Assembly: GCF_016433145.1 (NCBI RefSeq)
Contig: NC_058133.1
Location: 250,568,020 to 250,632,019 of the forward strand
Length of the DNA: 64,000 nucleotides
Direction of reading: 5' to 3'
Source: Gracilinanus agilis
Lineage: Eukaryota
Numbering within the stretch: the stretch's first letter is position 1; each line of letters starts with the position of its first letter. Both the position numbers and the translations under genes were made by a program. Shown here in pieces: positions 61,045 through 64,000 of this stretch. The notes under the pieces were generated by a model. The model was given only the letters and a program-made list of their open reading frames with translations, was not told the origin of the DNA and made no database searches.

Positions 61045-63149
61045 AAATTGAAAGCAAATTTGTCACCTAGGAGCAGATATTCCAGAGAGTATAGTGGAAA
61101 GAATAGGTAGATTTAGTATGGGATGTGGGGGACAGGTTTTGAGGGGAATGAGAATAGTGATCTGGGCAGCAGGGTACAAAGAGTGGAATTGGAATGAGAA
61201 CAGTTGGTAATGATCACTGGTTTGGGGAGAGAATGTCCAGGGGAAATTTGTTAATCATTGAGGAATCTATACAGGTAGATTTTCCTTATTCATAAGAGTT
61301 GGCTTTTTTTAATTTTTAAATTTTTTCCCCATGATTACATGATTCTTGTTGTCTCCCTCCCCTCCTCCCTCCCCCCTCCCAGAGTTGACAAGCATTCCAC
61401 TGGGTGGAACCTATTTCTATATTGTTCATTTTTGTAATAGAGTAATCTTAGGGGTTTGCTTTTGACTGGAATTTTCTTAGAGCTTTAAGCAATTGAAGAG
61501 AAGGGACAAATTTGGGGTGCTGAGGGAATGGTGTCAATACTCTTCCCCCAAAAAAACCAACACCTCTTCATGCTATTTATTAAAAACATATAAATGGGGG
61601 GTGGGGGGGAGCAACTGGGTAGCTCCATGTTTCTAGGCCTGGTTCTCAATCCATTGAGCCATCTAGCTTCCCAGCCTCCCTACCCCATGATACACTTTTA
61701 AATTAATCTACCTTGAATAACATTTTTCTCTATTACCTTCTTAAGTGTAGAGTGAGAATCAACAGAACAATAAATCAAACCCTGACTTTTTAGCATTCAC
61801 TAATTTTTGAGGTATACTCACTGAAAATTTAACAATCAGCTTTCATGAACATGAACAAGTTGGCTCCAGCATACCATTTTCCATTAATTATCAGACTTCT
61901 CAATTCTGAAAATATAGCTGCAACATTTGGTTCTCTCAGGATACTAATTAAAATCTCTTCTCAAGGATTCACTTTTCTTATAAATTTCTTCATGAAACAG
62001 GATTATAAAATCTTCCATCCTGACTCATGAGTCACCCTTGGGCTAGCTATTTGATTCATTCTTATGCCAACCTCTAGGATAATTCAGGGGACCATGTGCA
62101 GATTTTTTCTTATTAATAAAATTCAAATCTTTCTCTTTAATTAGTTGACTCAAAGTCACACCCTAGTTCAAAAGAAATTTTTACTTGAATAAACTGAACA
62201 AATCTTTCCCCAAAATAGTTATTCACATATCTCTATTAAATTCTTAACTCTCTTATGATTAAATAAATACAATTAGTGACTAAATAACACATTCATAATG
62301 GAACAAATAACATAATTATTTATATTTTGCCTAGTCCAAAGTCAGAATCATCTTAAACCTAATAAACCCATAAAACTGTAAACCTATAAATACATAGCAA
62401 TAGATGACTGGCTTTACTTCCAATGTTGTGAGGAAGATTATTACTTAGTTATTAGTTTAGTATTAGTATTAGACCTAGCAGGAAGGGCTGGAGAATTCCA
62501 AGATGGAATGGGGAAGTAGAAAGTGGCTCTTGTTCTCTGAAGGAGAGACTCCATGGTGGTTGGGGCAAGTTGCAACTGACTTTAGGAGACACCAGATTGC
62601 CAGAGATCCTGTGGAAAGATACTGAGTTGCAGGTCAATTTGGGCTGGGATTAGCAGTCTCTACCAAAATCTCCCACAAGTAGGTGATGGTCTTACAAATA
62701 AGGAGACTGAGGTAGAGAGGGTTAAATGACTTGCCTAGGTCACACAGCCAGTGTCTCTGGGGTCAGATCTGAACTCAGGAAAATAATCCTTCCTGACACT
62801 CTATCCACTTCAACACTTAGTTTCCTGTGCTGAAAGTCTTTCAGAAGTAATTTTTCTCTGATGTTGTTTTCATTCATTATGTACATTGTTTTTCTAATTT
62901 TGATCTGAATCAGGCATTTGAAGTCTTAGGAGGAAAAGTCTTTTTTTTTTTCCTTTCTTGGTTCTTTTGAGGGTATAAGCCTATTAGCATTAGGTCAAAG
63001 GGTATTGGTTCAGTCACTTTCTAGGCAGAGTTCCAAATTGTTTTCTAGATCCACTGGACCACTTCACAGCTCCACCAAAAGTGCTCAGGGGCAAAGATGC
63101 CAAATACTGTCCTAGCCAAGGGCACCACTGAACAAGATTAAAATGTAAT

Positions 63150-63850
63150 GAGGAGGGGCAGCTAGGTAGCTCAGCTGATAGAATACCAGGAATAAATAAG
63201 AGTAGTCCTGGGTTCAAATTTGACCTCAGACACTTCCTAGATGTGGAATTTGTGACCTTGGGCAAGACCCTTGACCTCCATTGCATTCCTGCTCTTCTGC
63301 CTTGGAATCAATACTTAGTATAGATTCTAAGACAGAAAGTAAGGGTTTGGGTTTTTTTGTTTTGTTTTGTTATGTTTTGTATTAAACCCTTACCTTCTGT
63401 CTTAGAACCAATACTGTGTATTGGTTCCTAGGCAGAAGAGTGGTAAGAGCTAGGCAATGGGAGTTAAGTGACTTGCCCAGGGTCACATAGCTAGGAAGTG
63501 TCTGAGGCTAGATTTGAACCCAGAACCTCCCGACTCTGGGTCTAGCTCTCAATCCACTGAGCCACAGGCTACCCCCAAGTAAGGTTGTTGTTTTTTTTTT
63601 AATGCAATTGGGACAACTATCAATAATACGGAAATAGGTCTTGATCCATGACACAAGTTAAAACCAGTGGAGGGGGCAGCTGGGTAGCTCAGTGGATTAA
63701 GAGCCAGGCCTAGAGACGGGAGGTCCTGGGTTCAAATCCGGCCTCAGACACTTCCCAGCTGTGTGACCCTGGGCAAGTCACTTGACCCCCATTGCCTACC
63801 CTTACCACTCTTCCTCAATACACAGAAGTTAAGGGTTTAAAAAAAAAAAC
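63150..63850. mobile_element. Cluster of three SINEs (+, -, +)
   Basis: SINE cores at ~63155-63345 (+), ~63385-63575 (-) and ~63672-63850 (+). Confidence 0.8.
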
Positions 63851-64000
63851 AGTGGAAATGTGCGTCAGATATGGGGAGGGAGTTAGTAGAGGGTTGAAGG
63901 GCAAAGTAAGAACATGAGTTGTGTAACCATGGAAAATTTTTCTAAAAAAAAAAGCCAAAAATAAAATAAATGTAATTGGGAAATATTTGACAAGCAAACA

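Noticed and set aside
43400-64000. Absence of recognisable TMEM95/KCTD11 upstream of TNK1
   Set aside because: In human they lie more than 20 kb 5' of TNK1, so they would probably fall outside this window; absence is uninformative.

Overview
This is a marsupial genomic window. The repeats resemble opossum SINE, L1 and hAT families, so it is most consistent with Monodelphis domestica; it contains two N gaps. It is syntenic with human 17p13.1 in reverse order: SPEM1 (-, 3 exons, 321 aa), NLGN2 (-, 7 coding exons including the site-A cassette, 832 aa), TMEM256 (+, 4 exons, 113 aa, head-to-head with NLGN2) and PLSCR3 (+, 7 coding exons, 287 aa). I checked GT-AG boundaries and reading phase by hand for all 21 coding exons. 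The main unexpected result lies where TNK1 should sit tail-to-tail with PLSCR3: there is no intact gene, only collinear minus-strand exon remnants of TNK1 (39.6-43.4 kb) with stops, frameshifts and no HRD motif, i.e. a candidate unitary pseudogene. The last ~20 kb is dominated by transposons: a decayed hAT transposase element, four hAT MITEs with 8-bp TSDs (one with local end homology to the large element), reciprocal SINE/MITE nesting, a solo LTR, and L1, L2 and RTE fragments. Candidate regulatory features include a 32-nt uORF-bearing 5'UTR microexon and paired RFX X-boxes in NLGN2, plus two promoter-like motif clusters not attached to any gene. Protein and repeat-family comparisons rely on recalled reference sequences; no database search was run.
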